Shown here: piece after piece, positions 14,960 to 28,806 of the stretch | How the letters are laid out: each line of letters begins with the position of its first letter | How positions within the stretch are numbered: position 1 is the stretch's first letter | Assembly: GCA_017499595.2 (NCBI GenBank) | Contig: CM039003.1 | Coordinates: forward strand, 620,001-684,000 | Direction: 5' to 3' | Source: Psilocybe cubensis | Lineage: Eukaryota | DNA length: 64,000 nucleotides | Notes under the pieces: model-generated | Told to the model about the DNA's origin: nothing | Seen by the model: the letters and a program-made list of their open reading frames with translations, nothing else | Database searches by the model: none | Made by a program: the position numbers and the translations under genes

Positions 14960-17751
14960 GTTGAGCGGCTGAGTGCGCACGGTCCAGGAAAAAATGTTGG
15001 TGGAAGTATATGGGAACAAACACGTTTCAAACTTGTGACCAGCGGCCTAGTCGCACAAGCGCGGTTACGACCTTCGCTTATAATTATGTATTTGGATCCA
15101 TCGCCAGCAACCTGATCATGAATCGCATTTTGAAGTTTGAGTTTATGGTTACCAGTAAGCCAGGTTCAACTTACGGAAAATACTATGCATGCTGACGAGG
15201 AAGAAAAATACTGCAGGTAAACCTGCCAGCCACATTTCCTTAGCTATTTTTCTTCGGTTGTTCCTGCCTTGGTTGAGGAAACTATGATATTGGCAGGTCC
15301 GTTATTGTCGTCGAGGAGTCAAGTTCTACCTGAATTCCCATTCGAAGATCCAGTATCGCTGACAAGGTGAATCTAGCAGTCGCTCCTGAAGAAATTGGGC
15401 ATCACTGTGGCCATGCTTGTTTCACTGGACCCTAAATTATCAATGCACAATTTGATCCTGCTATGAATTTAACGCTTTTACCTCAATGAAACCAAATCCT
15501 TCAAAGCGCCGTAAACTGACACAAAAGGCCTCTACCCGGTCTCATTCATGACGCCAGGATGTACATAGCAAGATAGAGTGTGTAACTGGAGATTGTTCGA
15601 ACCTGGCCATGGCCAGTAATTATAACTCGGGTAAGTTACCTAACTTACTTTCAAAATATCATGTACTGACCGTGGAGTTTACGTTCGCAACCTGCTCTCC
15701 ATGGCCAAGCACAAAGTGAAATTAAGCTGTCCTGTTTAGACCTTTTGAGACGCGTCCGTGATCTTGTAAGCTTCTACCCTTATCAAGGGGTCCAAGCACA
15801 TGCCGCATCGCACTTCAGACGATCTGGAAGATACATGAATAGACATTATAACTCTTGAAATATAGATCAATACCTATGTTCCAGAGAAATGGTACACCTC
15901 AGGTATTGGCCCCACATAGCTATAGGTGACCCCTAATCCCTTCTAACCTATTTTGTCGCAATTGTTATGGATTTGACTTGCATTTCGGAGTCGTAGATTA
16001 ACACGTCGATATCTTTGTTGGCGCGCCTTTCAACATGAGGGGAAATATCCTACAAGAGCCTGAAAATGTGTGCATGTGAGTGGGTCGCGTATATTTTCAA
16101 ACACGGTACTGACATGCATCCCATCCACCCATCAAGTCCAAAACTATGTAGAAGAAATTCCATGATGAAAATTGAAATGAAGGCAGTCCCAAATACCCAT
16201 CCATGAAGGCCCCAAACTTCAGACTATGTATTCTGTGCCACTCGACGCGCAATCTTTTTATATGGTGATCATTCGCAGCATCGTTCATAACTTCGGGGAC
16301 TATTTTAAAGTACTGGGAGCAGGAGCATCATCAAGAATAAGATACAAATAGGTAGGAGGTTCGCTCACCCTGGGGGTATCACACCATGAGATGTTGGAGC
16401 TTTTAACTTCCGAAGTGGACTGGACGAGAACTTGGGATTGACTGTGCTATGCAAAATCCGTTGTTGTGGGAGTTATACGGAACTGGAAGGGATAGATCTA
16501 GAGATATCTGTCGGTTGGTTGGATATGTCGAAGGGTGATTATATTATGAATTATGAATCTGGAAGGGCGGACGGGTCGTTGGCAATAGGTCAAACAAAAA
16601 ACTGGTCATGATCATGATCACATGCCGGGTTGGGTCGCCGCTTGCCATGATGAAGTGGCTCAAATTTTACATGTATTCACCTTTCCCATATATATATATA
16701 TATTCGTGATAACTACCTGATCTACCTGTCTTTGGTTTCTTCATCTTTACGAGTCAGTCAGTAAAATGTGAGGTCTAAAATGCTAGGCCTGGTTGAATTT
16801 GACTATGGACTAACCATAGAATGTCTCCCAGGTGCCAAGTTCTCTCTTCTTGGTTCTCACATCTCTGACTCGTCGATCGCGAACCACCTCATGAGCTCCT
16901 GTCTTCTATGTACTACGTGATCAGCAGCCATTTCCATTAGTTCTACTATCACTCGAATGAAACACTCTTCTTCGTAGTCTCAATTCTCAACTTTCATCAC
17001 CCTAATACTCAACACAATGATGCCCTGGTTCACGCATCAAGCCGATGACACGGTTACTTTGGCGTACAGTTGGAAAGAGTGGGGAACATATATGTGCGAC
17101 CCTGTTTTGGTCATTCTTCCCATTTATTAATCGTATTAATTTTCCTAGTTTTGCAATCGGGCCCACATGAAACTAGTTGACAGACGGGACGACTGTCATC
17201 ACCATAGTTGTGCATGCGGCTGGATCCAAATCCGATGAGGTGGTGGTTGTATTTCATGACAGCTGACTCCGACTTATTTCTAGATCTTGCTCCCTCACCA
17301 AGTGTCTAACATTCAAACCTTAACATGTACGAAAACTTCGCACTTCATTCACGTAGATGTCTATTTTGCAGGCCACTCATGGTTAGGCTTGTTGTTTCGG
17401 TCCGATATCTCAAGCAATTGGGTTTTCAAATAGGGGGATATATATTGTTTCATCCATGCTTATACGGACAGGCAGTCAAGGTGATCATGAATGAACATGG
17501 TGAGTTTGATCCTCAGATTGTGTTACTTGGATACTTTAATTCTTACCCCAAATCCTAGGGCCTATTAAGACCATTATCCGTGGCCTTTGTATCCCACCAT
17601 ACCTGATATTTGAACAACTCTGTGTTGTAAAAACTTTTTTCTGTCAGGATTCACAACGCGCATTGATCAACTCCGGATCCAGATCTGGCGATTATGGACA
17701 TCATGAGTCCAGCGCTTATTGACCCCCTTTCCCAACAAGGTGTCTGCCACC

Positions 17752-17779
17752 CATCAGGGCTCGGCCCGATGTGTACATG
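17752..17779. repeat. Dispersed hairpin-forming repeat, copy 1
   Basis: CATCAGGGCTCGGCCCGATGTGTACATG, identical at 26754-26781; variant at 43217-43238. Confidence 0.8.
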
Positions 17780-17996
17780 GCTACATCCCTGCACTTCTAC
17801 ACACGTACAATGCAGAAGTATATGTCGCAAATCCACTGTCCTGTAACACCCTCACATTAACTATATAACAGGCAATTGTACATATCCATTAATCATGATG
17901 ATGTCAATGCTAGCGCTGCTTCCTTTCCACATTGCGGGGTAACCATCATGATCAAGAGCACTAGCGCTAGCTTCAATGGCCGCAAGCCTTTTCATG

Positions 17997-18069
17997 AATC
18001 ACCTCGGTCGTCTTCGCCATTGACCTCAAGCCTTTTCAATCACCTCGGTCGTCTTCGCCATTGACCTCA
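17997..18069. repeat. Short tandem duplication, period 41 bp
   Basis: AATCACCTCGGTCGTCTTCGCCATTGACCTCA occurs twice. Confidence 0.85.
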
Positions 18070-18323
18070 CGACAATCGATATCACTGCACATTATCGCTC
18101 CTGCAGCACATCTTCCCTTCGTTTTGAATTTCCTGTGTTTGGAGGCCGATTACTTGTTGATTTAAATTCTGCGACGCTTCGATCATGTCCAACCAAAATT
18201 TATTGTACAAAAAATGCAAATACAAATTTAAACAGTATTATTAGCTATTGATGAGCTAGCCAGAACCTATGCGCGCATACAGAATGTTAATATCGCTTTG
18301 CTGCAATAATTGAATGGAAATTC

Positions 18324-20185
18324 TTACTGCATCAGTCCCGGTGAATATGTGAAGTCGTACATAACAGGGTTGTATTGTGTATCGTTCCCCGCCGGGCTTG
18401 TGATCCATGGAAGATCATAGGCATTATGATGTAAACCCTGTACGATAGGGGTGTCGTAACTGACAGTATGGATCATACGGATTCGAAACACGGGCTGCTT
18501 TCCGCGCCCGTCCTCCTGAACGTCACGCCTGTGCGCCCATAGAAGGTCAAAGATATGAATCCATGGTGTAATCTCTCGTGCTCGCCATATTGGGCGCAAT
18601 ACAACAAACTGCTTTTGGCTGGGTATGCGAAGAGGCACATCTGGCGACGGGGGGTAGTCCGAATCTTCACTCGACATTCCATTGAGCCCTAAGCCTTGCA
18701 TTATCCCTAAGTGTGGCCTTGCCAGCGGTTCCTCTTCGCAAATCGTGATTTGACGACGGAGTTTCTATGGATGATCAACAAGATTTAAGTTTTCTATAAA
18801 GGCTTGAAGAAAGTAACACGTACATCCTTCTTTCGGTTCAACCTTCGGTGGTATTTCTGCAGCTTCGCTTTCTCTTCGTCGTTTTCCAGATAGACCTTGA
18901 AGCTTCTCTTAAGAGAACGCATCCGGGTGATGAAGTGCCTTTGAATGTCCTGGACGCTGAAATCGGTTTCGACTTTGGCAGCATAATGGCGAGCAAACAC
19001 CCAACCCGCTGAATTGTTCCAGCCGCTGCTCGGATTAGTGTACAAGTCAACTTTAAAATCGTCAATATCGCAACATTCCAAAGAGTTGTCCCGTCGGTTT
19101 CTCCAGAGAGGTTCAAATGTCTCGATGTCTTCCTGCGTCGCCAACCTGGTAAACTTGTACTTGTTCGGATGGCCCAGGAGATCATCGATCTCCTGGCGAA
19201 CGGCAGCCTGATGAATAGGACGTGAGTGATTATGGCGCGCGACAGCACAGAAAATGGTTGACCATGAAAATTAATCTCTTGACAGGACGAACTCTGGATT
19301 TCTTGCCTAATTTTTGGTTTAGCCCTCCTTTGCTTTGCGTAGTATCAGTGGTTAGATTTGCTTGAGAAATGCTGCTGGCATTGATTATGGACTTTAATTC
19401 GACGACTTGCTGCCTCAACTGTATCATCTCCGAATGCAGGGCGATGACATCAACCTGATCATGAAAACGCAGAAATATGAAATTAGTAAATGTATCAAAC
19501 AGAGGTCAAAAGGCATACCGTAGCTTCTCCAAGACGCTGGGAATGGTGCATATGATGACGAGGATTTACATCAAGACTTGCCTCTGAGAGCCAGCCCTGA
19601 GCTCTTCTGGGAACCTCTCCGAACGACCGTTGCAGTCTTGCTCCACGCTTCTGTCTTTCGGGAGCTCGGTATCGAGGTATAGGAATACCCACATCGACAC
19701 CTTGACTCTGAGAAATCCCGCCATGTGTAAGAGAAGAACCTCCTGCCGCGGCTTGAAGCTGGGCAATGTGGGCTTGATGAATCAAAGATGAATCAGTAAG
19801 GTCGAAGGTTGGCTGATCTTCCTTCACAAGATGACGGTTGTCGCAATTGCCGTCTATAGGCAGATCATGAGGGTGGTTGTACTCTGGATATTCGACTGTC
19901 ATTGGGTCTACGGGCGCAAAGCTAAGGGCAGTCCGGAAGCTTCCCGTGATCGTAGAAATATTGTCCTCTAGTTGGTGGCCATGCGAAGGTGGGATTGTGT
20001 TTACACCTGCCATATATTGTATTCATTTTGTTTGAACAATGGAGCATAATTACGAACGCACCAGTATAAAATGATTCGGCAGTAGTGTCGGATTGTGAAG
20101 ACGAAGATGTACTGCTAGCACTGGCCGTGGAGTGATGTACTGGCCACATAAAGTCATGCTGAGAGTCTCTGAGATTGTTGTACAT
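18324..20185 (-). CDS. Multi-exon hypothetical protein with LGLNGMSSEDSD...WR...GLxxNAYD C-terminal region
   Basis: Consecutive same-strand ORF segments 19922-20185, 19495-20013, 19230-19427, 18794-19144 and 18324-18701 separated by intron-like gaps. The motif resembles a recurrent agaricomycete hypothetical family (from memory). Confidence 0.65.
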
Positions 20186-21736
20186 TGTGGGCTAATAAGG
20201 TCTGCTTCGTACAGTCATAGTTAAATATCTAGAACTTTTAGATCTGCCTTGCACTCCTTTAATGAACGGGAACCATGATCTGGATACACATTGCATGCAA
20301 GGTACGCGCACGAACAAAGGAAGGATTGACAAGGCATGTACCAAGCACCACGGCTCAGGAAAAAAATACAACGTGTTTAAGCATGTGCTAGATATCCACT
20401 GTTGCAGCATTTGCGGCTCTTTTATCAGAGGTTACATGGCGGAAATACCGTGGGGACACGGGGATTTCTCATGAGACCGGGCCAGATATTTTTTCCAACA
20501 ATTTCGAATTCAGTGATTTACAGACAAAAAATTAAAGGAGACTACGAGGTTATAATTATAATATATAATGCGCAACCCGTACATGTACAATGTACAGCAT
20601 TTGGCTACATCAACGCAGATAGCAAATTCGATAGTACTTATTACTGTATGTGAACATGTAGTACATCTAGCTTGGAAAAATTCTAGAGGATCCGTATCCA
20701 GCAGCATGTACATGCAACACACATGCGGCCGGCTACATATACACAGAGACCAGGACCAGTTCACTCGAGTCCCATGATAACCATCAAACAAGACCATGGA
20801 ATACCTATGCTGTGAACAAAGCAATAGGTAGTATATTATATATATGTCATCCTGAGTCACGATTTGGATTATAATGAGCCAGAAGTACTCATGCAGAATG
20901 TATATTATTCATTTACATGCGCCACGGCCATGAGAGTCTGTACATCGTACACATGTGTACCCGTTTCTTCGCTTTTGTTGGTTAATAAGACGCAAGCCTC
21001 ATGATCAACACATGGCCACCTCATTGCGCACGGTCAATCTAGTAGTATAGCTTATATTATATATTAGGGTCGGGTACATGTCTACCGCGGACGTCCGTAT
21101 ATATCTGATCCCTGTATGATTGATGGGGGTTCTTCTAGATCTATGGGAATTCGCGAAGACGCAACGGTGCGCCGGCCTGCGCACATTGCTTATTTCATGA
21201 AGATCTAAGAACTCGTCAGATCTAGAATCCGAGTCTGTTCGAATTCCTCCCTCCAAACGACGGCCAATATGCAGGTTGTTTTAATTTAGGTTCCGCCGCC
21301 TCCACCTACTGCCTGGCCATGGGAGGATGACCTCAATGTGTAATGAATGATTTCGAACTGCATGCACAAGTATATATATATAATTACCAGTAGTAGCACT
21401 AGATACTTAGATTTTACGAGGTGAATATGCCGCATTCTGACCTTTTTATGTTATAAGACATGTAGTTCATTCATTAGATATCTTGGAATTAACTTCAATT
21501 ACATAAATTATGAACAGCGTAAAGCGTTGCCACGAATTCGATAATTCTCTAGTGGATCGTTCAAGTAATTTGATACTGGTTTTGATCATGATCAAAATAG
21601 ATAAAGACAGGCATGTAGGTCTACAAAAAGACAGTGACAGGAGGAGGAACCGTCGCTCTAACTGAAGTTGAGCGGATCCTGATCAAAGGGTAATCTGCTC
21701 CTAGTGTTGATAATATTAATTGATGAACCCGGACTA

Positions 21737-22837
21737 TTAACTAGCGGAAATGGTAGACGAACCAAGAAGATATGGAATGACTGACTCGCCAACATTGGGC
21801 GATAAATAATAATATACGTCACAGATGGCGTTAGGCAAGTGCGGTAAGAGAAGTGATGCAACAGACTGGGCGGGATGTTTTAGTACGTACAAATATTGAC
21901 ACAGAGAGCACCGGCTTACCATTGAATGAAGAATGTAGACAACCACACGAGAATCTTGCATTGGGAGTGATAAGTATAGAATTAAGAAGACCAAGCTGCT
22001 TAAGAGAAGTAAGACGCTGGCCCGAAAGTGAAAAATGGCAAGATACCACCTGTCGTTATATCTTTGTGGCAAGTTCCCAGATTCAGGAAGAAAAAAGTGG
22101 CTGTAGACGAATAGGACAATGTCAACAACAACCTCAGCTGTATGAAAGAACATAGTGACTTTTATTAGACTATTAGTATGATTGAGAACAAGGCGACACT
22201 GACCAATGAAGGCAAAAATCATCACAATTCGAGAAGGATGGCAAACACATAGTCCCATGTTCAGATCGGTGCATTGTGTAGCAGGGCGGCATTGGAAACA
22301 AGAGAGCATGGCAAACGACACACCGCATGCCAATATTGCAGAGACAATTGACAACAATTGTCTTACCCCAGCTGTCCACCCTCGATAAAATCGAGCCTGA
22401 GATATCAATAGGCTGGTTCGTGTAAGCCTGGAAATTAGAATGAGCTCCACAGAAACGCAATGGTGAGAAGATAGAACGAACCAGATAGAGAGAATAAAGA
22501 AAGCCCATTCGACACGGTATTGTTGAGAGGTGTGTTGCGTTTTTGCTACATAGGGTGCAGTCAATCAAAAAGGTCATAGTCAAGGGTTGGCTAGGCACAC
22601 ACTATAGATTATCAACCTTATACAGAGCACTGCATCTGAGAATGTAGCGGCAGTGGCGAAGAAATCATCCCACCATAAGGTGGCATAATGGGTAGCCACA
22701 CGGAACAAATTGGTGGCGAATGCAACAGTGTGAACCACAATGAGTAATCTGACAGTAGCTGGAATAGATTAACCATGAGCACAGACGAAACGCCAGAAGG
22801 CAAGGTTGTGGAAAGGCATACATGGGTTGAGGTGCAT
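21737..22837 (-). CDS. Multi-exon integral membrane protein, PTH11-like fungal rhodopsin domain (paralog 2)
   Basis: VHTVAFATNLFRVATHYATLWWDDFFATAA, LCVCHPSRIVMIFAFI and FRASVLLLLSSLVFLILYLSLPMQDSRVVVYILHS align with paralog 1. Similar micro first exon (MHLNP vs MNISP). Confidence 0.6.
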
Positions 22838-24581
22838 GTAGTCCGAGATTTTCGTGCAGATGGGAGCGAAGATTATAATCCATGACGGGCATGATTGCGG
22901 GTAGTGACAACATGCCAAAACAATTCGGAAAATTCTTGCCACGCTATTATACGACCAACGACGACTCATTCAACGTGCAAATTCTGAGAATGTATCTGTT
23001 GATACTATGCTCTGAATTGCCAGTTGTGCAATTTTATGGCCGAAAAAGAAAACCTCAGTTGCCTTCGAATTCGCTATAAAGAGATGCAATGTAAGTTGCA
23101 CAAACATCAAGCCAGAAGAATATCACACTTACTTCATGATCAAAGCAACACTAGTTCAAGGCAGTCGTCGCGAAAAGACTTGAAAGATGTGAGACCTCTC
23201 GAAATGTGGTTGCGCATCCACTTGAATCCTAGCTCATAGGTGCGGGTAGAAACGTCCGAAAACCAAAACAAAGTACTGCCTTGCAATTGGGCAGTGGTGT
23301 CTGCGCCGAATCTCTGACGAGCTTCTGGTTCCAGATATCGATATTTGAAAGGACATGGTTTAGATGTTCGCATATACGGTGTACATTAGAAATTGCCTAG
23401 AGCTTGAACTGTTAACGTCGGTGAGAACCATTTGTCCTGGAAGACAAACATGACTTACCCATTTCGCTAGCGCTGGTCCAAAGTGCCCAATGAACTGATC
23501 ATGACTTCATGCGATCTATCAACGACGTGGCTAAACCTCAGATTCAGACCCATGTCCGTATTCTTCCACAGTGTAAGTTTTCAGACGGCGTGACGCTAAG
23601 CTTGGTTGGACGATATGAATACAGACGAGCTAAAACTTGGGAATTCCGGTGCCTTTCGTGATTCAAGGTTGGTCATAACAAACAAATTCACCGTACCTCT
23701 TGCAGTTCCTTGTAGCTCGCAGTTCAAGCCAGAAAGAGACCACCAAACATACACCAATGATGTCTTGAACTTAGGAAGAGCGACTTTCTGATCAAGTCGA
23801 TGTGCTAGACCCTCTTGGCGGACATTCAGGGACAACTGAGGATGCAATCAAGTTTGCTTAGAATTGAGAGCAATTGTTTGCACTAGATGAACTAGTGAAT
23901 AGGGCGAGGTACGATTATAATATTGTTGACCTCGTGGAATACTTGCAATTGAATTTTCTACTGATCATGTTGTTAGATATTGGTGTTCTTTGACCTGAAA
24001 ACCCAATCATTACTCAATTGTCCCTCAACGCATGAACTACCAATGCCATTGAAACCATGATCACTCCGTCTGGTTGGAACGTCACATCAAATTGCTACAC
24101 TTATTGTCGAATCGTACTATGGTGACGATAACCTGGTTTCCTCCATCGCAAGGGTTGCCTCAATGGGGCACAAAAACTTGTTGACTTCGACGATGAGGAA
24201 GGGGTGCTTCAAGCCTGGGGTTCATTTAAGTTACAAGGTCAAATTATACGGTTACAGTAAAACTCGCCGTGAACTAAACTGCTAGTAGCACCTTCTACAG
24301 GAACGGAAAAACAGAAGATTTCTAGGCGCTTATAATACTGAACAGATGTGGTGTATTGAATTTGACAGGCTGGAACATCTGATGAGATTTGTGGCGTTTT
24401 CTGATCATGAAGCTTAGTTTCCGACTCACCTCCATGGCCAGAAATGTCATTTCACCACCTGCCGGTCGGGTTGTCATTCACATTTGATCATGAACACCTA
24501 ATTCTAGCTTCGCTGGCCTTACGGACCTCTCTCTCTGTCGCTTGTGTCTGTAATCTGATTCTTTGGTTTGATTCTTGAGTT

Positions 24582-24991
24582 ACGATGTGGAGTTGGAACG
24601 TTGAAGTTAACTCACCGTGACCTATATTTTCAACATTTCCCCCACAATCTAGCCAGTCAATTCGTTCTTCCCCTCCACAATCTGGCGAGTCAGGACATGT
24701 TCTCAGAATCTGGGCGCTTGTACGGTGTGATGTGGCCCCTTGTTGGTTGTGGCATAGTCGGCAGGCTAAACATTTGGTGAGATTTGTGGCGACGATGTGG
24801 AGTTAAACGTTGCAAGTTAACTCACTATATTTTCAACATTTCCCCCACAATCTGGCCAGTCAATTCGTTTTTCCCCTCCACAATCTGGCGAGTCAGGTCA
24901 TTCTCGGAATCTGGGCGCTTGTACGGTATGATGTGGCCCCTTGTCGGTTGTGGCATAGTCGGCAGGCTAAACATTTGGTGAGATTTGTGGC
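24582..24991. repeat. Tandem duplication, ~2 x 205 bp (period 210)
   Basis: ACGATGTGGAGTT...AAACATTTGGTGAGATTTGTGGC at 24582 and 24792 with a few indels; explains the near-identical ORFs at 24568 and 24784. Confidence 0.9.
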
Positions 24992-26750
24992 TTTTGCTGA
25001 AGACGCAGGGCCATCCAGACTCACCATGGTAAGCAATTACTCGGGCAAATGTTCCTTCCAAGGCTCCTTCCACCATCTACTGCCCATTAACCCTGTTGTC
25101 ATTGAACGCCTATATCTTGCTCTGGCTCCGTAGCTACATCTGGCCGTATGAGCACAAGAATTGTGTTCCAAAAACCATTTGAAAACGACGTGCTCCTATT
25201 AACACGGGTCCAAGTAGACAAGTAAATTGTTAGAGTTCATTCTGATAGTAATGGTGAGAAAGGGGAAGTACCAGATTTTTGCTCTATCTCGAATGGGTGG
25301 TTGTAAAACGTTGACCATAATCCGCAGAGTGGGAAAGGTGGCGCATATGAGAATGAAAAAAACCGCGACACGCTGGGGTATCTAAGGTGTCTCTGTCCGA
25401 CTGAAGATATTTACTGGTAAGATGGGAGGGCCCAGCCCTGTGGTAAGTAAGGATTGGGCATGTAGAGTTTGGTGTGGAAGAGCATCATCATCACAAACCA
25501 TGTCACATGTACGTGCCAGATGTACAACGCCGCGTCTCAAATTATAATGATTATAAAATGTTCCACATTGTGTAAAAGCATGAAAGAGCACACAAGCCAC
25601 CTTACCAACCCATGCAGGTCATTCCACCTCTAAATCTCAATTTTCTTCTACGCTATTCGCGACATATGTTTTGAGATTTCAACAATGTCAGTACATCTGC
25701 ACACCAGACCCCCACATCCGGATTTTCGCATTCACACTCCTGAATGCTGAATGTCTGAGTATCCTAACACTTTTTTTTAGTCCATAGACTTCGAAAGCTC
25801 TTCTACGTGGGTATTACTTTCTTTCTTACCGTCTTATAAACCCTCTTAATTGACCGGCCAGGCCGACTTACGCGTCAACCCGCCACCCCAGTCAAGACTC
25901 AAGGGCGCAAACGGTTCTTCCATGACCACCTATATCTTCGATCGGTCGTGTCCATGTACAGTTTAGTGGCCACCACTCTATTTGAGCCATGGGATTAACA
26001 TGTCATCTCCGGCGCAACTCCGTTGTAAATTTGCAAGACAAAACACATCGCTCACGTACGGTGGCCCCATCGATATTCGGGCAGAATTCAACTTCATGTC
26101 AAGGCCTGCTTATAGTCGCGGCACTGCGGTGGATATGTATGCTGTGAGCATGCACCTGGACCACTAGAAGATAGACATGATAAACCCCTGTACGCGTACG
26201 TGTCGTCTACAACTGCATACACACGTTTGCCTTATTATCATGCAGGATTACAGTTGCTTGTGTGGCCATGGTTGGGGCCTCCTATTATCAGAATGTTGTT
26301 TGCGCGGTCAGGCCTCACGTTGCCGGTTCAATAAATCCCAAGTGCTCTCGGTGTGGAAATCTATGGTGAGCGTTTATAATATATATACCTACACTTATTC
26401 ATTGGGGCCTTTAACTGTGTTTTATGTCGTTTTCAGGTCCAGAAATAAAACTCATATCTTCTTTTATGATTTCGTCCTCTTTCTCCTCCTTGCAACCCAC
26501 ATCTTGCTTTGTGTAGATGTCTGTGGGCCAGCGATCGAATTATGTTTCAGTCGTATCGCTACCACCGCACCAGGTTCTATAGAATCTTACTTGTAGCCCG
26601 CAACAATGGCACGGAACCGGTCCCAACATCTATTGCAATCAAAGGGAGCGAGGTATGTTTATGTTTAATTATATGAATAGCATGACTTACCGGCGCTTAT
26701 ATCAGACAATGTACGTACAGGGTCCTGATCATGATCATCGAACTACTCAT

Positions 26751-26781
26751 ACACATCAGGGCTCGGCCCGATGTGTACATG
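26751..26781. repeat. Dispersed hairpin-forming repeat, copy 2
   Basis: ACACATC-A-GGGC-TCG-GCCC-GATGTGT stem-loop; 28 bp identical to 17752-17779. Confidence 0.8.
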
Positions 26782-27299
26782 ACTAGATCATGGATCATCT
26801 CTTAGACAATTGCAAACATGGCGAGATTTGCCTATAGGGACATGTATAACCTCCAGCGTTGCCAACCTTTCTACCTTTTTTGCTGCGTCATAATCAAGAC
26901 TGTCGTTGGGCAATAATTCTTACACAACGCGGCTTGGATATCTTCGCCGCGAATAGTGCCTCATTTCCTATGTACATTCCTCGAAGATTATTGACAAACT
27001 GTTGGCAAATACTGGATGTGTGTACGACGACGGGGCTCATGGTTGATCACGTAGGCGGTGGATCTAGGGAAACGTGTGCTTGTGCCGCTTTTAGTGTAAC
27101 AGCTTCTACCCATGCATTGTAACGATTGAGGTTTAATGCGCGAAGTGTCGACAATCCAGGTTCACGTGACTGCAATTGCCAGGTCAAGTTCAAACGCTCA
27201 ACGTCAACCTCAACATTTTCTCTCAAAATACATTCTTCGCCGTAAGCTTACACTTCTCACACTTTATTCCGGTACCTATGAAATTATTAACCAATATCT

Positions 27300-28400
27300 C
27301 TAGATCTGTCTTGCGATTGTCTGGATGCCTGTACATCATATACAACACAATCGTTATTCCGTGCCAGAGGCATCAACCGTATGTGCATTTTACGCCAACT
27401 CCCAACTTTATATATATCTGATTCAGAAATAGCCCTTACAGATACCCGCATTGGCTATATCTTGGGATATACTCCCCCCACCGACACATCTATTATTATC
27501 TGGAAATTCTTGGGAAAAATGTTGGGCCCTTGCTGCCCACGCTATGAGTGTACATGTAAATGGTCTGCGCGGTCAGTTGTACTTACTTTGAGAAACTCTT
27601 GCTAGTCTCATACTCTCTTACCACTATTAGATGCTTATGCGAACATCAAGGAGGCCATCACACGCCATATTCGCGAGGCAACTACGTTATGCATTAGACA
27701 GGTTGTCATGTTCAACCAGATCATTGTATTGAATATTGGCAGGCATTTTCAAGGAATAAGGATCTCATCCTCTGAAGGGTTTCATCTCGCCTTGTCAAGG
27801 TTCGAGGCATTTACTGCCGAAGCAAATAGTCTCTTACGGGCACTCTCGGCTTCCCAATGTGTTGAAGGTGATGTGATGCCTTTCATAGTCAAAGCGTGCG
27901 TATTTTTCCCTATTAACTGCTTATATTTTGCCGAAGACATATTATTCTTAGACAAGGAGACGTTACTCAATGCCTTGCAATCGGTAATCGACACAACCAT
28001 AAACGCTATCAGACACTGATGGGGCGTGCCCATGCACAATACTACAAAAGCTATGACTTGACTTTCAATATCAAGATAAGGCTACCTGCGTTCCATTCCG
28101 CTCGTCTCATGGCAAGTGATGCCATTGCTCGCTTCATGTATTATGCATGTTGCGACATTGGCAAAGCAATCCGATTGGCGACAACTGCACGCCAACGGGC
28201 CAAAAAGCAGGTGGTGGAAACTACGATTACAATGAATGAATTGGAATCGGCACATTTGGATTATCTTACCCAGAATATTTCTTTCTGGAAAGAAGATCTG
28301 GCACAAAAACGCCAAACTGTGCGCATTACATTGACTTCACATCTTATACCAGATTATATTTTCCACTAGCACCTTCTGCCTTTAGATTTACCGTATTCAA
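27300..28400 (+). CDS. Probable multi-exon hypothetical protein (cargo)
   Basis: Series of + strand ORF segments (27381, 27708, 28019) separated by intron-like GT...AG stretches. Predicted helical. No known domain recognised. Confidence 0.35.
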
Positions 28401-28806
28401 TGTCTTTATAATAACCTATAACGCCTTGAAAAATATTTCAAACTTGCTGCATTATATTTTGGATTCAATAATAGGGCAGAAATTGCAATTTTAATATATG
28501 GGACTTTGAGGTTAATTATATGGCCCATAATATATGCTGAGCGTCGGAGTGATCACGCTCATGTGGATCATATATATACGCATCTCCTTTCATGTACACA
28601 TCATGGTCATGATGATATGTATATCGCTGGAATCTCTAAATAAAATTGTCGCTAAAAATCTTCATTACGAATTCGAACATGTACATGATCATGAGTAAGA
28701 TGCAAATCATCACGATTTATTAAGTATCGACGTATCCAATCTAATACAAGTTGTAAAAAATCGCGCATAACGAATACAATTATGCTGTGATCGGAGTGGT
28801 GGATGA

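Noticed and set aside
26751-26786. Helitron 3' end (hairpin followed by CTAG)
   Set aside because: CTAG follows only one of the three hairpin copies and is followed by A, not T. No Rep/helicase was seen.
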